Source: Octopus sinensis (lineage: Eukaryota). From it: a stretch of 45,585 bases of DNA. The translations under genes were made by a program, and so were the position numbers. Of this stretch, positions 15,001-30,400 are shown piece after piece (within the stretch, counting starts at the first letter, position 1; each line of letters opens with the position of its first letter). The notes below the pieces were generated by a model. The model was not told where the DNA came from. It did no database searches and worked only from the letters and a program-made list of their open reading frames with translations. Location of the stretch: assembly GCF_006345805.1 (NCBI RefSeq), contig NW_021834796.1:1-45585 (forward strand). The letters run 5' to 3'.

Positions 15001-18000
15001 TACGGGAGGACTGGATTCTGCAAAACTACAGACTTACTAGGTATTTACCTTTTTCTGATGTACCTACGGGAGCACCGGACTCTGCACAAGTACAGACTTA
15101 CTAGGTATTTACCTTGTTCTGATGAACTACGGGAGCACCGGATTCTGCACAAGCTACAGACTTACTAGGTATATACCTTGTTCTGATGTACCTACGAGAG
15201 CACCGGATTCTGCACAAGCTACAGACTTACTAGGTATTACCTTTTTCTGATGTACCTACGGGAGCACCGGACTCTGCACAAGGTAGAGACTTACTAGGTA
15301 TTTACCTTGTTCTGATGTACCTACGGGACACCGCCTCTCTGCACAAGCTACAGACTTACTAGGTTTTACCTTGTTCTGATGTACCTACGGGAGCAACGGA
15401 CTCTGATGTACCTACGAGGTATTTACTTACTAGGTATTTACCTTTTTCTGGTGTACCTACGGGAGCACCGGACTCTGCACAAGGTAGTGACTTACTAGGT
15501 ATTTCCCTTGTTCTGATGTACCTACGGGAGCAGCGGACTCTGCACAAGCTACAGACTTACTAGGTATTTACCTTGTTCTGATGTACCTACGGGAGCACCG
15601 GACTCTGCACAAGCTACAGACTGACTAGGTATTTACTTTTCTGTGATGTACCTACGGGAGCACCGGACTCTGCACAAGCTACAGACTGACTAGGTATTTA
15701 CCTTGCTCTGATGTACATACGGGAGCACCGGACTCTGCACAAGCTACAGACTTACTAGGTATTTAACTTGTTCTGATGTACCTACGGGAGCACCGGATTC
15801 TGCACAAGCTACAGACTTACTAGGTATTTACCTTTTTCTGATGTACCTACGGGAGCACCGGATTCTGCACAAGCTACAGACTTACTAGGTATTTACCCTG
15901 TTCTGATGTACCTACGGGAGCACCGGATTCTGCACAAGCTACAGACTTACTAGGTATTTACCTTGTTCTGATGTACATACAGGAGCACCGGATTCTGTAC
16001 AAGCTACAGACTTACTAGTTATTTACCTTGTTCTGATGTACCTACAGGAGCACCGGATTCTGCACAAGCTAAAGACTTACGCGGTATTTACTTTGTTCTG
16101 ATGTACCTACGGGAGCACCGGACTCTGCACAAGCTACAGACTTACTAGTATTTACCTTGTTCTGATGTACCTACGGGAGCACCGGATTCTGCACAAGCTA
16201 CAGACTTACTAGGTATTTATCTTTTTCTGATGTACATACGGGAGCACCGGACTCTGCACAAGATACAGACTGACTAGGTATTTACCTTGCTCTGATGTAC
16301 CTACGGGAGCACCGGACTCTGCACAAGCTACAGACTGATTAGGTATTTACCTTGCTCTGATGTACCTACGGGAGCACCGGACTCTGCACAAGCTACAGAC
16401 TGACTAGGTATTTACCTTGCTCTGATGTACATCCGGGAGCACCGGACTCTGCACAAGCTACAGACTTACTAGGTATTTACCTTGTTCTGATTACCTACGG
16501 GAGCACCGGATTCTGCACAAGCTACAGACTTACTAGGTATTTACCTCTTCCAGATGTAACTACGGGAGCACCGGACTCTGCACAAGCTACAGACTGATTA
16601 GGTATTTACCTTGCTCTGATGTACCTACGGGAGCACCGGACTCTGCACAAGCTACAGACTGACTAGGTATTTACCTTGCTCTGATGTACATCCGGGAGCA
16701 CCGGACTCTGCACAAGCTACAGTCTTACTAGGTATTTACCTTGTTCTGATGTACCTACGGGAACACCGGAGCCTGCACAAGCTACAGACTGACTAGGTAT
16801 TTACATTGTTCTGATGTACCTACGGGAGCACCGGACTCTGCACAAGCTACAGACTTACTAGGTATTTACCTTGTTCTGGTGTACCTACGGGAGCCCCGGA
16901 TTCTGCACAAGCTACAGACTTACTAGGTATTTACCTTGTTCTGATGTACCTACGGGAGCACCAGATTCTGCGCAAGCTACAGACTTACTAGGTATTTACC
17001 TTGTTCTGATGTACCTACGGGAGCACCGGATTCTGCACAAGCTACAGACTTACTAGGTATTTACCCTGTTCTGATGTACCTACGAGAGCACCGGATTCTG
17101 CACAAGCTACAGACTTACTAGGTATTTACATTGTTCTGATATACATAAGGGAGCACCGGATTCTGCACAAGCTACAGACTTAGTAGGTATTTACCTTGTT
17201 CTGATGTACCTACAGGAGCACCGGACTCTGCACAACCTAAAGACTTACTAGGTATTTACTTTGTTCTGATGTACCTACGGGAGCAACGGACTCTGCACAA
17301 GCAACAGACTTACTAGGTATTTACCTTGTTCTTATGTACCAACGTGAGCACCGGACTCTGCACAAGCTACAGACTTACTAGGTATTTACCTTGTTCTGAT
17401 GTACTTACGGGAGCACCGGACTCTGCAAAAGCTACAGACTTACTAGGTATCTACCTTGTTCTGATGTACATATGGGAGCACCGGACTCTGCACAAGATAC
17501 AGACTGACTAGTTATTTACCTTGTTCTGATGTACCTACGGGAACACCGGACTCTGCACATGATACATGCTGACTAGGTTTTTACCTTGCTCGGATGTACC
17601 TACGGGAGGACTGGATTCTGCAAAACCTAAAGACTTACTAGGTATTTATCTTTTTCTGATGTACCTACGGGAGCACCGGACTCTGCACAAGGTACAGACT
17701 TACTAGGTATTTACCTTGTTCTGATGAAACTACGGGAGCACCGGATTCTGCACAAGCTACAGACTTACTAGGTATATACCTTGTTCTGATGTACCTACGA
17801 GAGCACCGGATTCTGCACAAGCTAAAGACTTACTGGGTATTTACCTTTTTCTGATGTACCTATGGGAGCACCGGACTCTGTACAAGGTAGAGACTTACTA
17901 GGTATTTACCTTGTTCTGATGTACCTACGGGAGCACTGCTCTCTGCACAAGCTACAGACTTACTAGGTTTTTACCTTGTTCTGATGTACCTACGGGAGCA

Positions 18001-21000
18001 ACGGACTCTGATGTACCTACGAGGTATTTACTTACTAGGTATTTACCTTTTTCTGGTGTACCTACGGGAGCACCGGACTCTGCACAAGGTAGTGACTTAC
18101 TAGGTATTTCCCTTGTTCTGATGTACCTACGGGAGCAGCGGACTCTGCACAAGCTACAGACTTACTAGGTATTTACCTTGTTCTGATGTTCCTACGGGAG
18201 CACCGGACTCTGCACAAGCTACAGACTGACTAGGTATTTACTTTTCTGTGATGTACCTACGGGAGCACCGGACTCTGCACAAGCTACAGACTGACTAGGT
18301 ATTTACCATGCTCTGATGTACATACGTGGGCACCGGACTCTGCACAAGCTACAGACTTACTAGGTATTTAACTTGTTCTGATGTAACGACGGGAGCACCG
18401 GATTCTGCACAAGCTACAGACTTACTAGGTATTTACCTTTTTCTGATGAACCTACGGGAGCACCGGATTCTGCACAAGCTACAGACTTACTAGGTATATA
18501 CCCTGTTCTGATGTACCTACGGGAGCACCGGATTCTGCACAAGCTACAGACTTACTAGGTATTTACCTTGTTCTGTTGTACATACGGGAGCACAGGATTC
18601 TGCACAAGCTATAGACTTACTAGGTATTTACCTTGTTCTGATGTACCTACAGGAGCACCGGATTCTGCACAAGCTAAAGACTTACGAGGTATTTACTTTG
18701 TTCTGATGTACCTACGGGAGCACCGGACTCTGCACAAGCTACAGACTTACTAGGTATTTACCTTGCTCTGATGTACCTACGGGAGCACCGGATTCTGCAC
18801 AAGCTACAGACTTACTAGGTATTTATCTTTTTCTGATGTACATACGGGAGCACCGGACTCTGCACAAGATACAGACTGACTAGGTATTTACCTTGCTCTG
18901 ATGTACCTACGGGAGCACCGGACACTGCACAAGCTACAGACTGATTAGGTATTTACCTTGCTCTGATGTACCTACGGGAGCACCGGACTCTGCACAAGCT
19001 ACAGACTGACTAGGTATTTACCTTGTCTGATGTACATCCGGGAGCACCGGATCTGCACAAGCTACAGACTTACTAGGTATTTACCTTCTTCTGATACCTA
19101 CGGGAGCACCGGATTCTGCACAAGCTACAGACTTACTAGGTATTTACCTCTTCTGATGTACTACGGGAGCACCGGACTCTGAACAAGCTACAGACTTACT
19201 AGGTATTTACCTTGTTCTGATGTACCTACGGGGACCGGACTCTGCACAAGCTACAGATTACTAGGTATTACCTTGTTCTGATTGTACCTACGGGAGCACC
19301 GGATTCTGCCAAGCAACAGACTTACTAGTTATTTACCTTGTGCTGATGTAACTACGGGAGCACCGGATTCTGCACAAACGACAGACTTACTAGTTATTTA
19401 CCTTGTTCTGATGTACCTACGGGAACACCGGATTCTGCACAAGCAACAGACTGACTAGGTATTTACATTGTTCTGATGTACCTACGGGAGCACCGGACTC
19501 TGCACAAGCTACAGACTTACTAGGTATTTACCTTGTTCTGGTGTACCTACGGGAGCCCCGGATTCTGCACAAGCTACAGACTTACTAGGTATTTACCTTG
19601 TTCTGATGTACCTACGGGAGCACCAGATTCTGCACAAGCTACAGACTTACAAGGTATTTACCTTGTTCTGATGTACCTACGGGAGGACCGGATTCTGCAC
19701 AAGCTACAGACTTACTAGGTATTTACCCTGTTCTGATGTACCTACGAGAGCACCGGATTCTGCACAAGCTACAGACTGACTAGGTATTTACATTGTTCTG
19801 ATATACATACGGGAGCACCGGATTCTGCACAAGCTACAGACTTAGTAGTTATTTACCTTGTTCTGATGTACCTACGGGAGCACCGGACTCTGCCAAGCTA
19901 AAGACTTACTAGGTATTTACTTTGTTCTGATGTACCTACGAGCAACGGACTCTGCACAAGCAACAGACTCCTAGGTATTTACCTTGTTCTTATGTACCTA
20001 CGGGAGCACCGGACTCTGCACAAGCTACAGACTTACTAGGTATTTACCTTGTTCTGATGTACTTACGGGAGCACCGGACTCTGCACAAGCTACAGACTTA
20101 CTAGTTATCTACCTTGTTCTGATGTACATATGGGAGCACCGGACTCTGCACAAGATACAGACTGACTAGTTATTTACCTTGTTCTGATGTACCTACGGGA
20201 GCACCGGACTCTGCACATGATACTGACTGACTAGGTTTTTACCTTGCTCGGATGTACCTACGGGAGCACCGGATTCTGCAAAAGCTAAAGACTTACTAGG
20301 TATTTATCTTTTTCTGATGTACCTACGGGAGCACCGGACTCTGCACAAGGTACAGACTTACTAGGTATTTACCTTGTTCTGATGTACCTACGGGAGCACC
20401 GGATTCTGCAAAAGCTACAGACTTACTAGGTATATACCTTGTTCTGATGTACCTACGAGAGCACCGGATTCTGCACAAGCTAAAGACTTACTGGGTATTT
20501 ATCTTTTTCTGATGTACCTATGGGAGCACCGGACTCTGTACAAGGTAGAGACTTACTAGGTATTTACCTTGTTCTGATGTACCTACGGGAGCACCGGACT
20601 CTGCACAAGCTACAGACTTATAAGGTATATACCTTGTTCTGATGTACCTACGGGAGCACTGCTCTCTGCACAAGCTACAGACTTACTAGGTATTTACCTT
20701 GTTCTGATGTACCTACGGGAGCAACGTACTCTGATGTACCTACGAGGTATTTACTTACTAGGTATTTACCTTGTTCTGGTGTACCTACGGGAGCACCGGA
20801 CTCTGCACAAGGTAGAGACTTACTAGGTATTTACCTTGTTCTGATGTACCTTGAGGTGCACCGGATTCTGCACAAGCTAAAGACTTACGAGGTATTTACT
20901 TTGTTCTGATGTACCTACGGGAGCACCGGACTCTGCACATGCTACAGACTTACGAGGTATTTACTTTGTTCTGATGTACCTACGGGAGCAACGGACTCTG

Positions 21001-24000
21001 ATGTACCTACGAGGTATTTACTTACTAGGTTTTTACCTTGTTCTGGTGTACCTACGGGAGCACCGGACTCTGCACAAGCTACAGACTTACTAGGTATTTA
21101 CCTTGTTCTGATGTACCTACGGGAGCACCGGATTCTGCACAAGCTACAGACTTACTAGGTATTTACCTTGTCCTGATGTACATACGGGAGCACCGGACTC
21201 TGCACAAGATACAGACTGACTAGGTATTTACCTTGCTCTGATGTACCTACGGGAGCACCGGACTCTGCACAAGCTACAGACTGATTAGTTATTTACCTTG
21301 CTCTGATGTACCTACGGGAGCACCGGACTCTGCACAAGCTACAGACTGACTAGGTATTTACCTTGCTCTGATGTACATACGGGAGCACTCGACTCTGCAC
21401 AAGCTACAGACTTACTAGGTATTTACCTTGTTCTGATGTACCTACGGGAGCACCGGATACTGCACAAGCTACAGACTTACTAGGTATTTACCTTTTCCTG
21501 ATGTAACTACGGGAGCACCGGACTCTGCACAAGCTACAGACTTACAAGGTATTTACCTTGTCCTGATGTACATACGGGAGCACCGGACTCTGCACAAGAT
21601 ACAGACTGACTAGGCATTTACCTTGCTCTGATGTACCTACGGGAGCACCGGACTCTGCACAAGCTACAGACTGATTAGGTATTTACCTTGCTCTGATGTA
21701 CCTACGGGAGCACCGGATTCTGCACAAGCTACAGACTTACTAGGTATTTACCTTGTTCTGATGTACCTACGGGAGCACCGGACTCTGCACAAGGTAGAGA
21801 CTTACTAGGTATTTACCTTATTCTGATGTACCTTCAGGAGCACCGGATTCTGCACCAGCTAAAGACTTACGAGGTATTTACTTTGTTCTGATGTACATAC
21901 GGGAGCACCGGACTCTGCACATGCTACACACTTACTAGGTATTTACCTTGTTCTGATGTACCTACGGGAGCAACGGACTCTGATGTAACTACGAGGTATT
22001 TACTTACTAGGTATTTACCTTAATTTGGTGTACCCACGGGAGCACCGGACTCTGCACAAGCTACAGACTTACTAGGTATTTACCTTGTTCTGATGTACCT
22101 ACGGGAGCACCGGATTCTGCACAAGCTACAGACTTACTAGGTATTTACCTTGTCCTGATGTACATACGGGAGCACCGGACTCTGCACAAGATACAGACTG
22201 ACTAGGTATTTACCTTGCTCTGATGTACCTACGGGAGCACCGGACTCTGCACAAGCTACAGACTGATTAGGTATTTACCTTGCTCTGATGTACCTTCGGG
22301 AGCACCGGATTCTGCACAAGCTACAGACTTACTAGGTATTTACCTTTTCCTGATGTAACTACGGGAGCACCGGACTCTGAACAAGCTACAGACTTACTAG
22401 GTATTTACCTTATGCTGGTGTACCTACGGGAGCACCGGACTCTGCACAAGCTACAGAATTACTAGGTATTTACCTTGTTCTGATGTACCTACGGGAGCAC
22501 CGGATTCTGCACAAGCAACAGACTTACTAGTTATTTACCTTGTGCTGATGTACCTACGGGAGCACCGGATTCTGCACAAGCTACAGACTTACTAGGTATT
22601 TATCTTGTTCTGATGTACCTACGGGAACACCGGAGTCTGCACAAGCTACAGACTGACTAGGTATTTACATTGTTCTGATGTACCTACGGGAGCACCGTAC
22701 TCTGCACAAGCTACAGACTTACAAGGTATTTACCTTGTTCTGGTGTACCTTCGGGAGCACCGGATTCTGCACAAGCTACAGACGTACTACGTATTTCCCT
22801 TGTTCTGATGTACCTACGGGAGCACCAGATTCTGCACCAGCTACAATCTTACTAGGTATTTACCTTGTTCTGATGTACCTACGGGAGCACCGGATTCTGC
22901 ACAAGCTACAGACTTACTAGGTATTTACCCTGTTCTGATGTACCTACGGGAGCACCGGACTCTGCACATGATACAGACTGACTAGGTGTTTACCTTGCTC
23001 TGATGTACATACGGGAGCACCGGACTCTGCACAAGCTACAGACTTACTAGGTATTTACCTTGTTCTGATGTACATACGGGAGCACCGGATTCTGCACAAG
23101 CTTCAGACTTACTAGGTATTTAACTTTGCTCTGATGTACATGCGGGAGCACCGGACTCTTACAAGCTATAGACTTACTAGGTATTTACCTTGTTCTGGTG
23201 TACTACGGGATCACCGGATCTGCACAAGCTACAGACTTACTAGGTATTTACCTTATTCTGATGTACGTACGGGAGCACCGGACACTGCACAAGCTACAGA
23301 CTGACTGGGTATTTACATTGTTCTGATGTACCAACGGGAGCACGGATTCTGCACAAGCTACAGACTTACTAGGTTTTTACCTTGTTCTGATGTACCTACA
23401 GGAGCAGCGGATTCTGCACAAGCTACAGACTTACTAGGTATTTACCTTGTTCTGATATACCTACGATAGCACCGGATTCTGCACAAGCTAAAGACTAACT
23501 AGGTATTTACCTTTTTCTGATGTACCTACGGGAGCACCGGACTCTGCACAAGCTACAGACTTACTAGGTATTTACCTTGTTCTGATGTACCTATGGGGGC
23601 AACGGACTCTGCACAAGCTACAGACTGACTAGGTATTTACCTTGTTCTGATGTACCTACGGGAGCACCGGTCTCTGCACAAGCTACAGACTTACTAGGTA
23701 TTTTCCTTGTTCTGATGTACCTACGGGAGCACCGGTCTCTGCACAATCTACAGATTTACTAGGTATTTACCTTGTTGTGATATACCTACGGGAGCACCGG
23801 ATTCTGCACAAGCTACAGACTTACTAGGTATTTACCTTGTTCTGATGTACCTATGGGGGCAACCGACTCTGCACAAGCTACAGACTGACTAGGTATTTAC
23901 CTTGTTCTGATGTACCTACGGGAGCACCGGTCTCTGCACAAGCTACAGACTTACTAGGTATTTTCCTTGTTCTGATGTACCTACGGGAGCACCGGTCTCT

Positions 24001-27000
24001 GCACAATCTACAGATTTACTAGGTATTTACCTTGTTGTGATATACCTACGGGAGCACCGGATTCTGCACAAGCTACAGACTTACTAGTATTTACCTTGTT
24101 CTGATGTACCTACGGGAGCAGCGGATTCTGCACAAGCTACAGACTTACTAGGTATTTACCTTGTTCTGATGTACCTACGGGAGCACCGGACTCTGCACAA
24201 GCTACAGACTGACTAGGTATTTACCTTGTTCTGATGTACCTACGGGAGCACCGGATTCTGCACAAGCTACAGACTTACTAGGTATTTACCTTGTTCTGAT
24301 GTACCTACGGGAGCACCGGACTCTGCACAAGGTACAGACTTACTAGGTATTTACCTTGTTCTGATGTACCTACGGGAGCACCGGATTCTGCACAAGCTAC
24401 AGACTTACGAGGTATTTACTTTGTTCTGATGTTATACGGGAGCACCGGACTCTGCACATGCTACAGACTTACTAGGTATTTACCTTGTTCTGATGTACCT
24501 ACGGGAGCAACGGACTCTGATGTACTACGAGGTATTTACTTACTAGGTATTTACCTTGCTCTGGTGTACCACGGGAGCACCGGACTCTGCACAAGCTACA
24601 GACTTACTAGGTGTTACCTTGTTCTGATGTACTACGGGAGCACCGGATTCTGCACAAGCTACAGACTTACTAGGTATTATTTACCTTGTCCTGATGTACC
24701 TACGGGAGCACCGGACTCTGCACAAGCTACAGACTACTAGGTATTTACCTTGCTCTGATGTACCTACGGGAGCACCGGATTCTGCACAAGCTACAGACTT
24801 ACTAGGTATTTACCTTGTTCTGATGTACCTACGGGAGCACCGGATTCTGCACAAGCTACAGACTTACTAGGTATTTACCTTGTTCTGATGTACCTACGGG
24901 AGCACCGGATCTGCACAAGCTACAGACTTACTAGGTATTTACCTTGTTCTGATGTACCTACGGGAGCACCGGACTCTGCACAAGCTAAGACTTACGAGGT
25001 TATTTACCTTGTTCTGATGTACCTACGGGAGCACCGGACTCTGCACAAGCTACAGACTTACTAGGTATTTACCTTGTTCTGATGTACCTACGGGAGCACC
25101 GGACTCTGCACAAGCTACAGACTTACTAGGTATTTACCTTGTTCTGATGTACCTACGGGAGCACCGGATTCTGCACAAGCTACAGACTTACTAGGTATTT
25201 ACCTTGTCTGATGTACCTAGGGAGCACCGGACTCTGCACAATATACAGACTGACTGTTTTACCTTGTTCTGATGTACCTACGGGAGCACCGGACTCTGCA
25301 CAAGATACAGACTTACTAGGTTTTTACCTTGTCTGATGTACCTACGGGAGCACCGGACTCTGCACAAGCTACAGACTTACTAGGTATTTACCTTTTTCTG
25401 ATGTACATACGGGAGCACCGGACTCTGCACAAGCTACAGACTTACTAGGTATTTACCTTGTTCTGATGTGTACATACGGGAGCACCGGATTCTGCACAAG
25501 CTTACAGACTTACTAGGTATTTAACTTTTTCTGATGTACGTACGGGAGCACCGGACTCTTAACAAGCTACAGACTTACTAGGTATTTACCTTGTTCTGGA
25601 TGTACCTACGGGAGCACCGGAATCTGCACAAGCTACAGACTTACTAGGTATTTACCTGTTCTGATGTACCTACGGGAGCACCGGACACTGCACAAGCTAC
25701 AGACTTACTGGGTATTACATTGTTCTGATGTACCAACGGGAGCACCGGATTCTGCACAAGCTACAGACTTACTAGGTTTTTACCTTGTTCTGATGTACCT
25801 ACAGGAGCAGCCGGATTGCACAAGCTACAGACTTACTAGGTATTTACCTTGTTCTGATGTACCTACGAGAGCACCGACTCTGCACAAGCTAAAGACTGAC
25901 TAGGTATTTACCTTTTTCTGATGTACCTACGGGAGCACCGGACTCTGCACAAGCTACAGACTTACTAGGTATTACCTTGTTCTGATGTACCTACGGGAGC
26001 ACCAAACTCTGCACAAGCTACAGACTTACTAGGTATTTACCTTGTTCTGATGTACCTACGGGAGCACTGGTCTCTGCACAAGCTACAGACTTACTAGGTA
26101 TTTACCTTGTTCTGATGTACCTATGGGGGCACCGGTCTCTGCACAAGCTACAGATTTACTAGGTATTTACCTTGTTGTGATATACCTACGGGAGCACCGG
26201 ATTCTGCACAAGCTACAGACTTACTAGGTATTTACCTTGTTCTGATGTACCTATGGGGGCAACCGACTCTGCACAAGCTACAGACTGACTAGGTTTTTAC
26301 CTTGTTCTGATGTACCTACGGGAGCACCGGTCTCTGCACAAGCTACAGACTTACTAGGTATTTTCCTTGTTCTGATGTACCTACGGGAGCACCGGTCTCT
26401 GCACAATCTACAGATTTACTAGGTATTTACCTTGTTGTGATATACCTACGGGAGCACCGGATTCTGCACAAGCTACAGACTTACTAGTATTTACCTTGTT
26501 CTGATGTACCTACGGGAGCACGGATTCTGCACAAGCTACAGACTTACTAGGTATTTACTTGTTCTGATGAACATACGGGAGCACCGGCTTTTGCACAGGC
26601 TACAGACTCACTAGGTATTTAACTTGTTCTAATGTACCTACGGGAGCACCGGATTCTGCACAAGCTAAAGGCTTACGAGTTATTTACCTTGTTCTGATGT
26701 ACCTACGGGTGCAGCGGATTCTGCACAAGCTACAGACTTACTAGGTATTTGCCTTCTTCTGATGTACCTACGGGAGCACCGGATTCTGCAAAAGCTAAAG
26801 ACTTACTAGTTATTTATCTTTTTCTGATGTACCTATGGGATCACCGGACTCTGCACAAGGTACAGACTTACTAGGTATTTACCTTGTTCTGATGTACCTA
26901 CGGGAGCACCGGATTCTGCACAAGCTACAGACTAACTAGGTATATACCTTGTTCTGATTTACCTACGAGAGCACCGGTTTCTGCACAAGCTAAAGACTTA

Positions 27001-27440
27001 CTGGGTATTTACGTTTTTCTGATGTACCTATGGGAGCACCGGACTCTGTAAAAGGTAGAGACTTACTAGATATTTACCTTGTTCTGGTGTACCTACGGGA
27101 GCACCGGACTCTGCACAAGCTACAGACTTACAAGGTATATACCTTGTTCTGATGTACCTACGGGAGCACTGCTCTCTGCACAAGCTACAGACTTACTAGG
27201 TATTTACCTTGTTCTGATGTACCTATGGGGGCACCGGGCTCTGCACAAGCTACAGAATTACAAGGTATTTACCTTGTTGTGATGTACCTACTGGAGCACC
27301 GGTCACTGCACAAGCTGCAGACTTACTAGTTATTTACCTTGTTCTGATGTACCTACGGGAGCACCGGTCTCTGCACAAGCTACAGACTTACTAGGTATTT
27401 ACCTTGTTCTGATGTACCTACGGGAGCACCGGATTCTGCA
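1..27440. repeat. 65-bp tandem satellite (Sat-65), ~420 monomers, runs off the left edge
   Basis: Consensus GATGTACCTACGGGAGCACCGGA(C/T)TCTGCACAAGCTACAGACTTACTAGGTATTTACCTTGTTCT; period read directly (TACCTTGTTC at 5341 and 5406). No unique spacers. Confidence 0.98.
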
Positions 27441-30400
27441 GAGGTCGAGAAAATGACTTAGCGGACTGCTAAACGAGGTGAAAATATGACTTAGCGGACC
27501 ACCAAACGAGATCGATAAAATGATTTAATGGACCGCCAAACGAGATCGATAAAATGACTGAGCGGACCGCCAATCGAGACGGATAAAATGACCTAGCGGA
27601 TCGCCAAACGAGATCGATAATATGACATAGCAGACCACCAAACACGATCGATAGAATGAGTTAGTGGACCACAAAACGACATAGATAAAATGACTTTGCG
27701 GACCACGAAACGTTATCGATAAAATGACTTAGCGGACAGCTAAACGAGATCGATAAAATGACCGAGTGGACCGCCAAACAAGTTCGATAAAATCACTAAG
27801 CGGACCGCTAAACGAGATCAAAAAATGACATAGCGGACCACCAAACGACATCGATAAAATGATTTAGTGGACCGCCAAACGAGATCGACAAAATGACTTA
27901 GCGGACCGCTAATTGAGATGGATACACTGACCTAGCGGGCCGCCAAACGAGATCGATAAAATGACTTAGCACTCGACGTAAGGAGATCGATAAAATGACC
28001 CTAGCGGACCACCAAACAAGATCGATAAAATGACTTTGCGGACCACTAAACGAGATCGATAAAATGACTTAGCGGACCGCCAATCGTGACGGATAGAATG
28101 ACCTAGCGGACTGCCAAACGAGATCGATAAAATGACCTAGTGGACCGCCAAAAGAGATCGATAAAATGACCGAGCGGACCATGAAACGAGATCGATGAAA
28201 TGAATTAGCGGACCAATAAACGACATCGATAAAATGACTTAGCGGACCACCAAACAAGATCGATAGAATGACTTAGTGGACCACAAAACGACATCGATAA
28301 AATGACTTTGCGGACTACGATACTTTATCGATAAAATGGGTTAGCGGAGCGCTAAACGAGTTCGATAAAATGACCGAGTGGACCGCCAAACGAGTTCGAT
28401 AAAATGACTTAGCGGACCGCTTAACGAGATCAAAAAATGACTTAGCGGACCACCAAACGACATCGATAAAATGATTTAGTGGACCGCCAAACGAGAACGA
28501 TAAAATGACTTAGCGGACCGCTAATTGAAACGGATAAAATGACCTAGCGGGCCCCAAAACGAGATCGATAAAATGACTTAGCACACGACGAAAGGAGATC
28601 GATAAAATGACACTAGCGGACCACCAAACAAGATTGATAAAATGACTTAGCGGACCACCAAACGAGATCGATAAAATGATTTAGCGGACATATAAACGAC
28701 ATCGATAAAATGACTTAGCGGACCACGAAACGAGATCAACAAAATGATCTAGCAGACCGCCAAAAGAGATTGATAAAATGAGTTAGCGGACAGCCAAACG
28801 AGATCGATAAAATGAATTAGCGGACTGACAATCGAGACGGATAAAGTGACCTAGCGGACCGCCAAACGAGATCGATAAAATGACATAGCAGCCCACGAAA
28901 CGAGATCGATAAAATGAATTAGCTGACCACCAAACGAGATCGATAAAATGAGTTAGCGGACAGCCAAACGAGATCGAAAAAATGACTTAGCAGACCGACA
29001 ATCGAGACGGATAAAATGACCTAGCGGATCGCCAAACGAGATCGAGAAAATGATATAGCGGACCACCAAACGAGATCGATAAAATGAATTAGCGGACTAC
29101 CAAACGAGATCGTTAAAATGACATAGTGGACCACAAAACGAGATCGATAAAATGACCTCGCGGACTACGAAACGTTATCGATAAAAGGACCTAGCAGACC
29201 GCTAAACGAGATCGATAAAATGACCGAGAAGACCGCCAAACGAGATCGATAAAATGACTTAGCGGACCGCTAAATGAGTTAAAAAAATGACTTAGCGGAC
29301 CACCAAACGAGATCGATAAAATGATTTAGTGGACCGCCAAACGAGTTCGATAAAATGACTTAGCGGACCGCCAATCGAGACGGATAAAATGACCTAGCGG
29401 GCCGCCAAACGAGATCGATAAAATGATTTAGCACACGACGAAACGAGATCGATAAAATGACTTTGCGGACAACCAAACAAGATCGATAAAATGACTTAGC
29501 GGACCATCAAACGAGATCGATAAAATGATTTAGCGGACCGCTAAACGAGATCAACAAAATGACGTAGCAGACCGCTAAAAAAGATCGATAAAATGAATTA
29601 GCGGACTAGCAAACGAGATGGATAAAATGACTTCGCACACGACGAAAGGAGATCGATAAAATGACCCGGGCGGACCACCAAACAAGATCGAAAAATGACT
29701 TAGCGGACCACTAAACAAGATCGATAAAATGACTTAGGGGACCGCCAATCGTGACGGATAAAATGACCTAGCGGACTGCCAAACGAGAACGATAAAATGA
29801 CCTAGTGGACCGCCAAAAGAGATCGATAAAATGACCCAGCGGACCACCGAACGAGATCGATAAAATGAATTAGCGGACCAATAAACGACATCGATAAAAT
29901 GACTTAGCGGACCACCAAACGAGATAAAAAAAATGACCTAGCAGACCGCCAAAAGAGATCGATAAAATGAGTTATCGGACAGGCACACGAGATCGATAAA
30001 ATGACATAGCGGACCGACAATCGAGACGGATAAAATGACCTAGCGGACCGCCAAACGAGATCGATAAAATGACATAGCGGACCACCAAACGAGATCGATA
30101 AAATGAATTAGCGGACCGCTAAACGAGATCGATAAAATGAGTTAGCGGACAGCCAAACGAGATCGATAAAATGACATAGCAGACCGACAATCGAGACGGA
30201 TACAATGATCTAGCGGACGGCCAAACGAGATCGATAAAATGACTTAGCGGACCGCTAATTGAGACGGATAAAATGACCTAGCCGGCCGCCGCCAAACGAG
30301 ATCGATAAAATGACTTAGCACACGACGAAAGTAGATCGATAAAATGACCTAGTGGACCAACAAACAAGATCGATAAAATGACTTAGCGGACCACTAAACG

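Noticed and set aside
744-27282. Many 60-103 aa ORFs (MYLREHR..., SDVPTGAPDS...) in Sat-65
   Set aside because: They are translations of a 65-bp unit that is not a multiple of 3; frames cycle and stop within about three monomers unless indels extend them.
1-27440. Hammerhead in Sat-65 (CTGATG, occasionally CTGATGA)
   Set aside because: The consensus is CTGATGT, and there is no helix II followed by GAAA and NUH on either strand.
1-27440. CENP-B-box-like TTCTG...CGGGA and several 4-bp palindromes in Sat-65
   Set aside because: Spacing does not fit TTCG-N4-A-N2-CGGG, and about four 4-mer palindromes per 65 bp are expected by chance.
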